Assembly: GCA_023251875.1 (NCBI GenBank)
Contig: JAHEXY010000004.1
Location: 130,359-194,358 of the forward strand
Length of the DNA: 64,000 nucleotides
Source of the DNA: Bacteroidota bacterium
Lineage (GTDB): Bacteria > Bacteroidota > Bacteroidia > JAHEXY01
Reading direction: 5' to 3'
The translations under genes and the position numbers were made by a program. The notes beneath the pieces were generated by a model, which was not told where the DNA came from, did not search any database, and saw nothing but the letters and a program-made list of their open reading frames with translations. Numbering within the stretch: the first letter of the stretch is position 1; every line of letters begins with the position of its first letter. This document shows, in pieces, positions 40,894 through 50,567 of the stretch.

Positions 40894-41914
40894 ATTAACA
40901 CAGTATAGTCATGGTGCGGGCTGTGGATGTAAAATTGCCCCAAAAATTCTAGATCAAATTCTACAATCGAATTTTAGTTTTCCGGATAATGATAAACTCC
41001 TTGTTGGTAATTCTACCAAAGATGATGCGGCCGTTTATGATATTGGAAACAGACAGGCTATTATAAGCACTACTGATTTTTTTATGCCCATTGTTGATGA
41101 TGCATTTGACTTTGGCAGAATAGCCTCTGCCAATGCAATCAGTGACATTTATGCTATGGGAGGAAAACCATTGCTTGCCATAGCCATTCTTGGATGGCCT
41201 ATTAATAAACTTACACCGGAAGTTGCTCAAAAAGTAATTGAAGGAAGTAGAAAAATTTGTAGTGAAGCAGGTATACCACTTGCAGGCGGACATAGCATTG
41301 ATAGCCCCGAACCTATTTTTGGTTTAGCCGTAACCGGAATTATAGAAAAGCATAAAGTAAAAATGAACAGTACTGCTACCGAAGGCTGCAAATTATTTTT
41401 AACCAAACCAATTGGGATAGGCATTCTTACAACAGCACAAAAGAAAAATGTATTAAAGGACGAGCATAAGTTTATTGCCCGTGATCAAATGATTAAGCTC
41501 AATGCCATTGGTGAAAAAATTTCTCAATTTGATTTTGTAAAAGCAATGACTGATGTTACAGGATTTGGATTACTAGGCCACTTAAGTGAAATGTGTGAAG
41601 GAAGTAATCTTTCAGCAGAAATTTATTTTGACGCAGTTCCTACATTGCCTTATATTAATGAATACATTGCTCTAAATTGTATTCCGGGAGGAACCAATCG
41701 AAATTGGGATAGCTATGGACATTTAATAGACACGATAACCGAAGATCAAAAAAAGATTTTATGTGATCCTCAAACCAGTGGAGGTTTATTAATTGCTGTT
41801 TCTCCCGAAAGTGAAAACGAATTTCTTACTTTTATGAAAGCAAATGACTTTGATTTAAAAGCTATTGGAGTATTGAAGAAAAAAATGGGAGAAAAATTAA
41901 TTAAAGTAAATTAA
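40850..41914 (+). CDS. selD: Selenide, water dikinase SelD (Cys-type)
   Basis: N-terminal [11 protein letters not shown] motif with Cys at the catalytic position; AIR-synthase-like fold segments; overlaps mnmH by 44 bp. Confidence 0.85.
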   Translation: MNMPTTTLPTEKEVKLTQYSHGAGCGCKIAPKILDQILQSNFSFPDNDKLLVGNSTKDDAAVYDIGNRQAIISTTDFFMPIVDDAFDFGRIASANAISDIYAMGGKPLLAIAILGWPINKLTPEVAQKVIEGSRKICSEAGIPLAGGHSIDSPEPIFGLAVTGIIEKHKVKMNSTATEGCKLFLTKPIGIGILTTAQKKNVLKDEHKFIARDQMIKLNAIGEKISQFDFVKAMTDVTGFGLLGHLSEMCEGSNLSAEIYFDAVPTLPYINEYIALNCIPGGTNRNWDSYGHLIDTITEDQKKILCDPQTSGGLLIAVSPESENEFLTFMKANDFDLKAIGVLKKKMGEKLIKVN

Positions 41915-41972
41915 CCACAGAGACGCGGAGACACAGAGTATTCTATTTCTCTGTGTCTTTGTGCCTCTGTGG
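41915..41972 (+). terminator. Long imperfect hairpin downstream of selD (CCACAGAGACGCGGAGACACAGAG ... CTCTGTGTCTTTGTGCCTCTGTGG)
   Basis: Nested complementary 8-bp segments read directly after the selD stop. Confidence 0.45.
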
Positions 41973-41987
41973 TTGCAATTATTAAAT

Positions 41988-43106
41988 TTGAAAAAAGTAA
42001 TCATATCCGTATCAAACGACCTTAGCACCGACCAACGGGTTCATAAAGTTTGCATAGCTCTTTCTCAATGGAATTGTGATATTTTATTAGTGGGTTGTTT
42101 TCGCGAAACAAAAATTCCACTTGAAAGAAAATACAAGATACATCGACTTTCTCCTGTTTTTAAAAAGGGTCCATTTTTTTATGCTGAATTTAATATCCGA
42201 CTCTTTTTATTTTTGCTTTTTCATAACGCAGATTTTATTGTAGCCAATGATTTAGATACTTTACTTGCAAATTATCTTGCATCTAAACTAAAAAGCATCC
42301 CTGTAGTTTATGATAGTCATGAATTGTTTACTGAAGTGCCTGAATTGGCCCATAGAAAATTTGTGAAGAGTATTTGGGAACGTATTGAGAAATTTATTTT
42401 CCCAAAACTAAAATACGTTTATACCGTTAATAATACCATAGCCAATATATTTAAGCAAAAATATAATGTAGAGGTAAAAGTAATTAGAAATGTATCTCAT
42501 AAAAATATGGTAACAAAATTTGATTCGAAAAATGAATTAGGATTGCCTACTGATAAAAAAATTATCATTTTACAAGGAGCTTTTATTAATGTAGAAAGAG
42601 GTGCCGAAGAAGCTGTGCTTGCCATGCAATATGTCGAAGGCGCTATTTTATTGATAATTGGAGGCGGTGATGTATTTAATAAATTGAGAAAGATGGCTGT
42701 TGATTTAGACTTAACGCCTAAAGTAAAGTTTATTGATAAAGTTCCATATAATCGCTTAATGCATTATACCGCTAATGCAGATATTGGATTGTCTCTCGAT
42801 AAAGACACTAACTTAAATTATAAATATAGCCTACCCAATAAATTATTCGATTACATACAGGCAGGAGTTCCTGTTTTGGTTTCCAACTTGGTTGAACCAA
42901 AAAAAATTATTTCGGAATTTAACATTGGCGAAATTATAGAGAGCCATAATCCCAAACACATTGCTGAAAAAATAATGCACATGCTTTCAGCTACTGATAA
43001 GATTGAATTATGGAAAACCAACCTAAAAAAAGCTGCTGAAGTATATTGCTGGGAAAATGAGGAGCAGAAGTTAAAGGAGATTTATAAAAAAGTAATTGAA
43101 GATTGA
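41988..43106 (+). CDS. Glycosyltransferase family 4 (group 1)
   Basis: GT-B fold C-terminal half. Start uncertain: the track ORF begins at a GTG at 41961 inside the selD hairpin; the TTG at 41988 gives MKKVIISVSNDL. Confidence 0.65.
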   Translation: MKKVIISVSNDLSTDQRVHKVCIALSQWNCDILLVGCFRETKIPLERKYKIHRLSPVFKKGPFFYAEFNIRLFLFLLFHNADFIVANDLDTLLANYLASKLKSIPVVYDSHELFTEVPELAHRKFVKSIWERIEKFIFPKLKYVYTVNNTIANIFKQKYNVEVKVIRNVSHKNMVTKFDSKNELGLPTDKKIIILQGAFINVERGAEEAVLAMQYVEGAILLIIGGGDVFNKLRKMAVDLDLTPKVKFIDKVPYNRLMHYTANADIGLSLDKDTNLNYKYSLPNKLFDYIQAGVPVLVSNLVEPKKIISEFNIGEIIESHNPKHIAEKIMHMLSATDKIELWKTNLKKAAEVYCWENEEQKLKEIYKKVIED

Positions 43107-43153
43107 AAATTGGGAAATTAGATATATATGTTGGCTAAGGCGCTAAATGTTAG

Positions 43154-43198
43154 TTTGCGGTGATAAAGTTTCAAAATTTGAAACTTTATCACCGCAAA
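43154..43198. promoter_or_regulatory. 45-bp perfect palindrome containing the same core as the higBA-upstream palindrome
   Basis: TTTGCGGTGATAAAGTTTCAAA-A-TTTGAAACTTTATCACCGCAAA between convergent genes; core identical to 18555-18581. Confidence 0.45.
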
Positions 43199-43214
43199 TA
43201 CAAAACAACATAAT

Positions 43215-43877
43215 TTAATAAAGATTTGAATTCCCGAAAGGCAAAACTGCTTCTACATTTTTTAAAGAAATATATACAGTATCTGCTAAAGACGCATCAT
43301 AATAAAACAAATTACAATCAAATTGAACTTTAACTTTTCGCATGCGCTCTGACTCTTCCTTTTCATCAACATTGTACCATTCATAGTAATCCTCTACTGA
43401 TAAAATGGTAAATGAGTTTCCACTTTGATTCGTTATTGAACGATATTGATTATAATTTTCATCATAATATGTTATTTCAATTTTTCCATAAGGATTTTGA
43501 TCGGATTCAGCAATTTGATAATTGCCAACTCTCAAAACAGAATCAATGTTAGAAGAAGGTATACTATCATCATTTATATCCACATATATTCCATTTCTAT
43601 ATTCGTATGTTATTCCGGTATATTTTGCTGTTATCATTTTTGAAACAAAAATTTCTGATCCATAATATAAATGATTATTTGGATCAAAGGCATCAACCGT
43701 ATTGCTATAAGATTCAAATCCATTAACCCCAGCTGTATAATCAAAACTTTCACTTCCAATTTCTCCTCTTATATAAAAAACAGGATCAATTGGTAAATCT
43801 ATTGTTACATCTTTTTTACAAGACATTTGTATCATAACTATCGCTAACAATACAACTAAAATGTTTTTATTTTTCAT
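43215..43877 (-). CDS. Hypothetical lipoprotein
   Basis: Signal peptide with lipobox (IQMSCKKD). Confidence 0.5.
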   Translation of the reverse strand: MKNKNILVVLLAIVMIQMSCKKDVTIDLPIDPVFYIRGEIGSESFDYTAGVNGFESYSNTVDAFDPNNHLYYGSEIFVSKMITAKYTGITYEYRNGIYVDINDDSIPSSNIDSVLRVGNYQIAESDQNPYGKIEITYYDENYNQYRSITNQSGNSFTILSVEDYYEWYNVDEKEESERMRKVKVQFDCNLFYYDASLADTVYISLKNVEAVLPFGNSNLY

Positions 43878-43897
43878 AGTAAGGTGGAGTAAATGGT

Positions 43898-45253
43898 TTA
43901 ATAAATTCTACATTTTATATAAGCTTGCAAGGGTGAATTAAATTGATTAAGTGCAGCATACCAAGATGCAAAGTCATCATTAGATAAATCTCTAAGGCCG
44001 AGGCAATATCTTGCTCCAAAAGAAATTCGCTTATTCAATGTAATTTCATACCCTAGCATTAGACCTATATCTAGTTTTGGAAATAATCCATCATGAGAAA
44101 GCTTTTCTCTTAAATCAGTAGATAGCACTAGTATCTCATTTCCATCCTTATCCAATAAACAATCTCTCCATGGGCTAAATAAGTAACCTAATCTTACGCC
44201 AGCTTGAAAAGCATTTCGCATCCCTACTTTTCTTTCTAACAAAATTGGGAATTGCAAGAAATTTAATCTTGGCGCATTGATTATGTATTCTTGTGTTCCG
44301 TATACAGGATAACTAAAGTCCTGGCCAACTTTAACATATTGATATTGAAGTTCTGCTAATAGGTTAAATTGTTTGCCCAATTTATATTTCACAAATATTC
44401 CGGGTAAAGGCGTAATAGATGCATCCCAATTACCGAGATCATTTATATAATTTACCCCGGCTAAAATCCCGATACTAATTCGGCTGCCCTTCTTAGAAGT
44501 AGAATCAATTAATCCGGGAGATGGGTTAGTAATTACACCTGCATTAGCTAATGAGATATTTTCTCCACTTATATTTATTCCATTCTCATGGTCTTTATTA
44601 TTAATCTCATTAGATTTCGAGTTGTTATCATTTGAAATAATATCTTCTTGCGGAAGAGATGACCCTACTTCATTATTATTTTCTAATTTGCTTAAAGATG
44701 CTTGTTTGCCAATTATTAAATCATCTACAATAGCAAGATCATTTTTGGTTTGGTTAACATCATTATTTGAATTTGCTTGAACGCCAGCAGATGTTGCAGC
44801 ATGATGGCTGTTATTTTTTTCTGTAGCAGATTTTTTCTTTTCTAAATATTTTTTTGCTTTGTTAAAGGCTATAGGTTTTGACGCATTCTCTTTTATATTA
44901 CTTTTTTTATTTTCTTTAAGTAAACCGGATAAATTTGTAGTCACCACTTTTTCTTGAATAGGAATTTGGGTATTCTCTACAATATGTCCTTTTTCTTCTA
45001 CTTGAATTTGTGCTTGAGTATTAGCTTTATTAAAATGTAAAAATGTAAACAAAGTGACTACAACACTCAGTACCGCTATGCCCCCTTTAGCAAACCATGA
45101 ACTTATGGCTCTTTTAAATAAAGATGGTTTCACAAGCATCTTTTGATTCAATAAATTTTCCATCCCATTCCAATCTTCATCAGAAAATTGGGTGCTTACA
45201 TCTTTAATTTTTCTATTAAAGATGTTTCTTAAATTTTCGTCATTGTTGCTCAT
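43898..45253 (-). CDS. Hypothetical membrane protein; possible anti-sigma factor with C-terminal outer-membrane beta-barrel-like domain
   Basis: Single TM helix (GGIAVLSVVVTLFTFLHF) after a cytoplasmic N-terminus; C-terminal beta-strand-rich region; located downstream of an ECF sigma factor on the same strand. Confidence 0.5.
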   Translation of the reverse strand: MSNNDENLRNIFNRKIKDVSTQFSDEDWNGMENLLNQKMLVKPSLFKRAISSWFAKGGIAVLSVVVTLFTFLHFNKANTQAQIQVEEKGHIVENTQIPIQEKVVTTNLSGLLKENKKSNIKENASKPIAFNKAKKYLEKKKSATEKNNSHHAATSAGVQANSNNDVNQTKNDLAIVDDLIIGKQASLSKLENNNEVGSSLPQEDIISNDNNSKSNEINNKDHENGINISGENISLANAGVITNPSPGLIDSTSKKGSRISIGILAGVNYINDLGNWDASITPLPGIFVKYKLGKQFNLLAELQYQYVKVGQDFSYPVYGTQEYIINAPRLNFLQFPILLERKVGMRNAFQAGVRLGYLFSPWRDCLLDKDGNEILVLSTDLREKLSHDGLFPKLDIGLMLGYEITLNKRISFGARYCLGLRDLSNDDFASWYAALNQFNSPLQAYIKCRIY

Positions 45254-45310
45254 ATATTTTATTTTTTACAGTTAAATATTTTTACCTCTTAATTTATCCG
45301 CGCTTCTATT

Positions 45311-45558
45311 TTGCTCAGCCAATGTCATTTTTTAAGCCCGAAAGGGCTTGAATTTTAATAACCTCTAGTGCAACTAGAGGAGAAATAAACTATTTTTTTA
45401 CAACCCTGAAAGGGTTGAATGCACTAGAAATTAAACCCTTTCAGGGTTACACTAATCTTGACTTACTTCCCCCAATTTTATTGGGGGTTATTAAAATTCA
45501 AGTCCTTCGGACTTTTTTTCCTCAGCATGGCAACACTCAAAACAGGCTGAGTCGAAGG
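45311..45558. repeat. Hairpin-rich ~250-bp repeat element (paralogue of 54292-54565)
   Basis: Shares GCTCAGC...ATGTC(A/G)TTTTTTAAGCC(C/T)GAAAGG(G)CTT and a terminal GGCTGAGTCGAAGG with the 54.3-kb element; internal stem-loops AAGCCCGAAAGGGCTT, CCTCTAGTGCAACTAGAGG, AACCCTGAAAGGGTT, ACCCTTTCAGGGT, CCCCCAATTTTATTGGGGG, AGTCCTTCGGACT. Confidence 0.6.
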
Positions 45559-45574
45559 ATATACAAATGCGTTT

Positions 45575-46201
45575 CTAGTTCTTTTTAAATTCAGCCATTG
45601 CCAGTATTGCTTTAGGATAGCTTTCAATCCTTTCATAACGAACTACCCTCCGAGACTCAACATCAAATTCCTTTTTCAAAATCTCTTTTAATTTTTTCTT
45701 TGCATTTAATAAATGCCATTTCGAAACACCTTCCGAAATATTTAATAATTCAGCTATTTCTTTATGAGAATAGCCTTCTATGATAAATAGCGTAAAAACA
45801 TGTCGGCTTGGTAATGAAATTTGCTGTACTAGTTTTAAAATATCTTCACCACTCATTTTATTAAAAATTTCAGGTTCAATAGTAATGTCATCATCTAAAT
45901 CAAATTTCATAATGGACTCATAATGCACTTTACTTTTTATATAATTCAAAGCTGTATTGATCACAATTTTTCTGATCCATCCTTCAAAAGAGCCGGCCCC
46001 TTTATAAGTTTCAATTGCTTCAAATACTTTAAAAAATGCATTGTTCAACACTTCTTTGGCTTCTTGTCGATCTTTTGTATAACATATAGTGGTTCTAAGC
46101 ATATCTTCATAAAACTTAGCATACAAATATTTTTGCGCCATTCTATCGTTCTTAATACACCCTTGTATAAGTTGGGGATCTGGGCTATTTTTGCTGTACA
46201 T
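45575..46201 (-). CDS. RNA polymerase ECF-type sigma-70 factor
   Basis: Sigma-70 region 2 and region 4 HTH (HKEIAELLNISEGVSKWHLLNAKKKL). Confidence 0.8.
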   Translation of the reverse strand: MYSKNSPDPQLIQGCIKNDRMAQKYLYAKFYEDMLRTTICYTKDRQEAKEVLNNAFFKVFEAIETYKGAGSFEGWIRKIVINTALNYIKSKVHYESIMKFDLDDDITIEPEIFNKMSGEDILKLVQQISLPSRHVFTLFIIEGYSHKEIAELLNISEGVSKWHLLNAKKKLKEILKKEFDVESRRVVRYERIESYPKAILAMAEFKKN

Positions 46202-46434
46202 AAGCTAATTTAATTTGGCGTTTGTGTTGGCTTTCTGTTTATATAGACAGTTCAAAAACCAGAAAGGTTAGTGAGTATTATAAATTATTTTTAGAATAAT
46301 TAAAATGACAACAAAAAAGGGAGATTATTAGGGGCTATAAAATTAAGAAAAATATACCTGAAATTTAGTTCTAATTATTACATTGCCTCATTAATCAATA
46401 AATTTATATTTATTGCAAATATTCTTATAGTAAT

Positions 46435-47283
46435 ATGAACCTCATCGAATGCCCACGTGATGCCATGCAAGGAATAAAAGAGTTTATTTCTACAGAGCAA
46501 AAAATTGAATACATCAACCTATTATTAAAGGTAGGTTTCGATACTATTGATTTTGGAAGTTTTGTTTCTCCACAAGCCATTCCTCAATTAAAAGATACCG
46601 CTGAGGTAGTAAAAAAACTCGATCTCCATAATTCTAAAAGCAAACTACTTGCTATAATTGCTAATAAACGAGGCGCAGAAGATGCTGCTAAATTTGAAGA
46701 AATAACTTATTTAGGTTTCCCCTTTTCGGTTTCAGAAACTTTTCAAAAAAGAAATACCAATTCAACTATTGAACAAGCTTTACAAACCGTTCATGAAATT
46801 CAAAATATTTGTGTAAAAAATAAAAAGCAATTGGTGTTGTATTTATCAATGGCATTTGGCAATCCTTATGGAGATGAATGGAACACGGATATAGTTGCAC
46901 ACTGGGCAATGAAGATGGTTGAAATGGATATTAAAATTATTTCTTTGGCTGATACCATTGGTGTTTCAACTCCAGAAAATATTAATTATTTATTTTCTCA
47001 TCTTATTCCTCAATTTAAAAATATAGAATGGGGAGCTCATTTACATACAAGGCCTGATAATTGGCAAGAAAAACTAGAAGCAGCTTATACTAGTGGATGC
47101 CGAAGATTTGATAGTGCACTAAAAGGATTTGGAGGTTGCCCAATGGCTAAAGACGAATTAGTAGGAAACCTAGCAACAGAAAACCTCCTTCTGTTTTGTG
47201 AACAAAAGGAGGTTCGCATACATGTTAACCAAAACATATTAAATCAAGCCATGGCAAAAGCTGATGTTATTTTTAGTTGGTAA
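46435..47283 (+). CDS. Hydroxymethylglutaryl-CoA lyase-like (HMGL family)
   Basis: N-terminal MNLIECPRDAMQG and TIM-barrel aldolase-like segments; conserved Cys in GGCPMA. Confidence 0.75.
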   Translation: MNLIECPRDAMQGIKEFISTEQKIEYINLLLKVGFDTIDFGSFVSPQAIPQLKDTAEVVKKLDLHNSKSKLLAIIANKRGAEDAAKFEEITYLGFPFSVSETFQKRNTNSTIEQALQTVHEIQNICVKNKKQLVLYLSMAFGNPYGDEWNTDIVAHWAMKMVEMDIKIISLADTIGVSTPENINYLFSHLIPQFKNIEWGAHLHTRPDNWQEKLEAAYTSGCRRFDSALKGFGGCPMAKDELVGNLATENLLLFCEQKEVRIHVNQNILNQAMAKADVIFSW

Positions 47284-47284
47284 A

Positions 47285-47551
47285 TTAATTTAAAATTATT
47301 TTATCAATACTTTCTAGCAAGTCAACTTCAATAGTATGTGACGAAACATTTTCAACCTTTACAGATTTAAATAATGTAATTTCATCTTCCGCTACCATTT
47401 CTACAATTGACCCTGTTTTTAAATAATCTTCAAAGCTTGCTTCAATTAAAAAAGTATCACTATCCTGCATATCACGAATAACGGTTAAACGACCATTATA
47501 AATTACTTCGTCTCCTATTTTAAACTGAGTGTCGTATTTAATATTTTTCAT
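47285..47551 (-). CDS. Hypothetical small protein
   Basis: 88-aa ORF, acidic; no assignable motif. Confidence 0.4.
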   Translation of the reverse strand: MKNIKYDTQFKIGDEVIYNGRLTVIRDMQDSDTFLIEASFEDYLKTGSIVEMVAEDEITLFKSVKVENVSSHTIEVDLLESIDKIILN

Positions 47552-47817
47552 ACTCTATTAATGGGGATTAATTTGTTTACTCTCCTAAAATACTACCTAG
47601 TTCAAGTTAGTAAAAGAACATTTTTTATACAATAATCAGGCGTTCTTATTGGAATTAAAATATTAACCTCAATTTGTTGAGAAATATTAAATCGCTAAAA
47701 ATCAGAATATTACATTCAATTATAGTCTTAAATAACAGGTGGTTAAATACAGAAATTTATCAAAATAGATAATTCTATTATTCTTATTAATTTTACTTCC
47801 TAAATTTCAAAAATACT

Positions 47818-48570
47818 ATGAAACGTAAATATTTTACATTTATCACACTACTATTATTATACAGTCTTACTTCCTTTAGCCAAGCCGACACTACCAATAA
47901 AACAGACTTAAATGGCTTAAAACAAGGTCATTGGGAAGAAAAAACGGGTAATGCTAAATTTGCCGGTAATTACGTTAATGGCAAAAAAGATGGAAATTGG
48001 ACAAAATATTTCGACAATGGCTTTCTTAACACATTAACTTGCTTTAAAAACGATCAAAAAGATGGTATATACCTCGAAATAAATAATAAAGGCAACCTTG
48101 TAACGGAAGGTAATTACAAAGCAAACATGTTGCATGGTTCCTACAAAACTTACTATAATGGTATTCGTGTAAAGTCAGAAGATAATTATGTTAATGGAAT
48201 ACTTAATGGCCCATCAAAAAAATATTATGCCAATGGCGTATTGCAAGAAGAAACTTTTTTTAAGAATGGAAAACGAGATGGAGTAACAAAATGGTATGCC
48301 GAAGATGCAAAACTTTCTATTGAATACAATTATAAAGATGGAAATTTTGAAGGACCCAAAATAACTTATTATAAAAATGGAACGGTACAAACAAAAGGTG
48401 CTGCAAAAAATAATTTAGACGAAGGTGATTATACTGAGTTTTATGAAAATGGACAAATTAAATTAGGTGGTAAATATGTTGATGGAAATAAAGATGGGGA
48501 TTGGAAAGAATACGATGAAACTGGAAAGTTGACAAAGACTACTAAATATAAAAACGGTAAAGAGAAATAA
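47818..48570 (+). CDS. MORN-repeat (MORN_2 variant) protein with signal peptide
   Basis: Repeats of the form G.YK.G..DG.W..YY.NG.L...G.Y.NGKKDG. Confidence 0.7.
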   Translation: MKRKYFTFITLLLLYSLTSFSQADTTNKTDLNGLKQGHWEEKTGNAKFAGNYVNGKKDGNWTKYFDNGFLNTLTCFKNDQKDGIYLEINNKGNLVTEGNYKANMLHGSYKTYYNGIRVKSEDNYVNGILNGPSKKYYANGVLQEETFFKNGKRDGVTKWYAEDAKLSIEYNYKDGNFEGPKITYYKNGTVQTKGAAKNNLDEGDYTEFYENGQIKLGGKYVDGNKDGDWKEYDETGKLTKTTKYKNGKEK

Positions 48571-48584
48571 ATATATTAAATAAC

Positions 48585-49478
48585 ATGAAAACAATTGGAG
48601 TTATAGGGGCAGGAACCATGGGCAATGGCATTGCACATACATTTGCTCAATATGGATATCAAGTTGCATTAATTGATGTAAGTGAAGAATCATTAAAAAA
48701 AGCAATTGCCACTATTGGTAATAATTTAGATAGAATAATTGCAAAAGGAAAACTTACAGAAGCTGATAAAACTAAAACACTTTCTCGTATTAAAACATTT
48801 ACCAAATTAGAACAAGCTATTGGTAATTGCGATTTAGTTATTGAAGCCGCTACTGAAAATATGGAAATAAAACTTAATATTTTTCGTCAGCTTGATCAAT
48901 TGTGTTCTTCTCAAACTATTTTAGCGAGCAATACATCTTCTATTTCTATTACTAAAATTGCTTCGGTAACCAAGCGAGCTGATAAAGTTATTGGCATGCA
49001 TTTTATGAATCCCGTTCCGGTAATGAAACTGGTAGAAGTAATTAGAGGTTATAAAACATCTGATGCTACTACTGAAACCATAATGACACTTTCTAAATCT
49101 CTTGAAAAAACTCCCGTTGAAGTAAATGATTATCCCGGTTTTGTAGCCAATAGAATTTTAATGCCCATGATTAATGAAGCTATTTATTCATTATATGAAG
49201 GCGTTGCCGGTGTTGAAGAAATTGATACTGTAATGAAATTGGGTATGGCTCATCCAATGGGCCCTCTACAACTTGCCGATTTTATTGGATTGGATGTATG
49301 TCTTTCTATTTTAAATGTTTTACATGATGGTTTCGGAAATCCTAAATACGCTCCATGTCCTTTATTAGTGAATATGGTAACAGCAGGAAATTTAGGTGTA
49401 AAAACCAAAGAAGGATTTTATGCTTACCAAAGTGGGACAAAAGAATTAAAAGTAAGTTCTTTATTTTTACACAAATAA
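48585..49478 (+). CDS. 3-hydroxybutyryl-CoA / 3-hydroxyacyl-CoA dehydrogenase
   Basis: NAD-binding Rossmann motif IGVIGAGTMGNGIA; conserved C-terminal dimerisation region. Confidence 0.85.
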   Translation: MKTIGVIGAGTMGNGIAHTFAQYGYQVALIDVSEESLKKAIATIGNNLDRIIAKGKLTEADKTKTLSRIKTFTKLEQAIGNCDLVIEAATENMEIKLNIFRQLDQLCSSQTILASNTSSISITKIASVTKRADKVIGMHFMNPVPVMKLVEVIRGYKTSDATTETIMTLSKSLEKTPVEVNDYPGFVANRILMPMINEAIYSLYEGVAGVEEIDTVMKLGMAHPMGPLQLADFIGLDVCLSILNVLHDGFGNPKYAPCPLLVNMVTAGNLGVKTKEGFYAYQSGTKELKVSSLFLHK

Positions 49479-50435
49479 TTGATCTACAAAACCAGTAAAA
49501 AGTTCTGTAAGATCAATACCGGCAACTTTTGCTTGTTTGGGAAGAATACTTGCAGGACTTAAACCTGGCAATGTATTTACTTCAAGTAAAAAAGGCACAT
49601 TATCTTTTATAATAAAATCAATACGCGACATATTTCTACATCCCAATAATTTAAAAACCTTTACAACTGTTTCCTGAATTTCTTTTGTTATTGCAGAAGA
49701 TAAACGAGCAGGAGTAATTTCATCGGCACCATTGGCAGAATATTTTTGTTCATAATCAAAAAAAGCAGTTTTAGGAACAATTTCAGTAATCGGCAATGCT
49801 CTTATTTCTCCTTTAAAATCAACAACTCCGCAAGTAACTTCCGTACCCGCTAAATATTCTTCTATGATAATTTCAGCATCAACTGAAAAAGCTTTTTCAA
49901 TGGCAGCATTTAAATCATTTCGAACATTAACTCTAGAAGCCCCTACACTAGATCCTCCGTTATTAGGTTTTACAAAGCAAGGAAAGCTTAATTGATTTTC
50001 TATACTACTTATAGCATCTCCTTTTTTAAATAAAAAAGAGTTGGCTGTTCGAATTCCAAATTGATTCAAAAAGCGATTGCAATATAATTTACTAAAGGTT
50101 AAAGCTGATACAAGAACGCCACATGATGTATAAGGTATACCCAATATATCCAAATATCCTTGAATTTTACCATCTTCACCCGGTGTACCATGAATGATGA
50201 TAAAAACTGCATCAAATTTTATTTTTTTATTATTAGATGTAAATGAAAAATCATTTTTATCAATAGCATGCTCTTTTTCATTTTCAAGTACATTCCATTC
50301 TTTACCATTAATAAGCACTTTAAAAGTATTGTACTTATTGGTATCAATATGATTCAAGATAGTTTGAACGCTTTTTAAAGAGATTTCTCTTTCTCCTGAA
50401 GTTCCTCCTGTTATAACGGCTATGTTTTTTTTCAT
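49467..50435 (-). CDS. ddl: D-alanine--D-alanine ligase
   Basis: ATP-grasp motifs; N-terminus MKKNIAVITGGTSGEREIS. The track ORF starts five codons earlier (50450), but those codons overlap a CT-rich repeat element. Confidence 0.85.
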   Translation of the reverse strand: MKKNIAVITGGTSGEREISLKSVQTILNHIDTNKYNTFKVLINGKEWNVLENEKEHAIDKNDFSFTSNNKKIKFDAVFIIIHGTPGEDGKIQGYLDILGIPYTSCGVLVSALTFSKLYCNRFLNQFGIRTANSFLFKKGDAISSIENQLSFPCFVKPNNGGSSVGASRVNVRNDLNAAIEKAFSVDAEIIIEEYLAGTEVTCGVVDFKGEIRALPITEIVPKTAFFDYEQKYSANGADEITPARLSSAITKEIQETVVKVFKLLGCRNMSRIDFIIKDNVPFLLEVNTLPGLSPASILPKQAKVAGIDLTELFTGFVDQLFV

Positions 50436-50567
50436 GATACCTCTCCCCAACCCTCTCCAAAACTTGTCCCGATTTTTCGGGAGGAGAGGAAGATTATATA
50501 TTAGTTTATAAAACTAAACTTAAGATAATTTTATAATTCCACAATACAAAAAGATGTTTTGTTCAAA

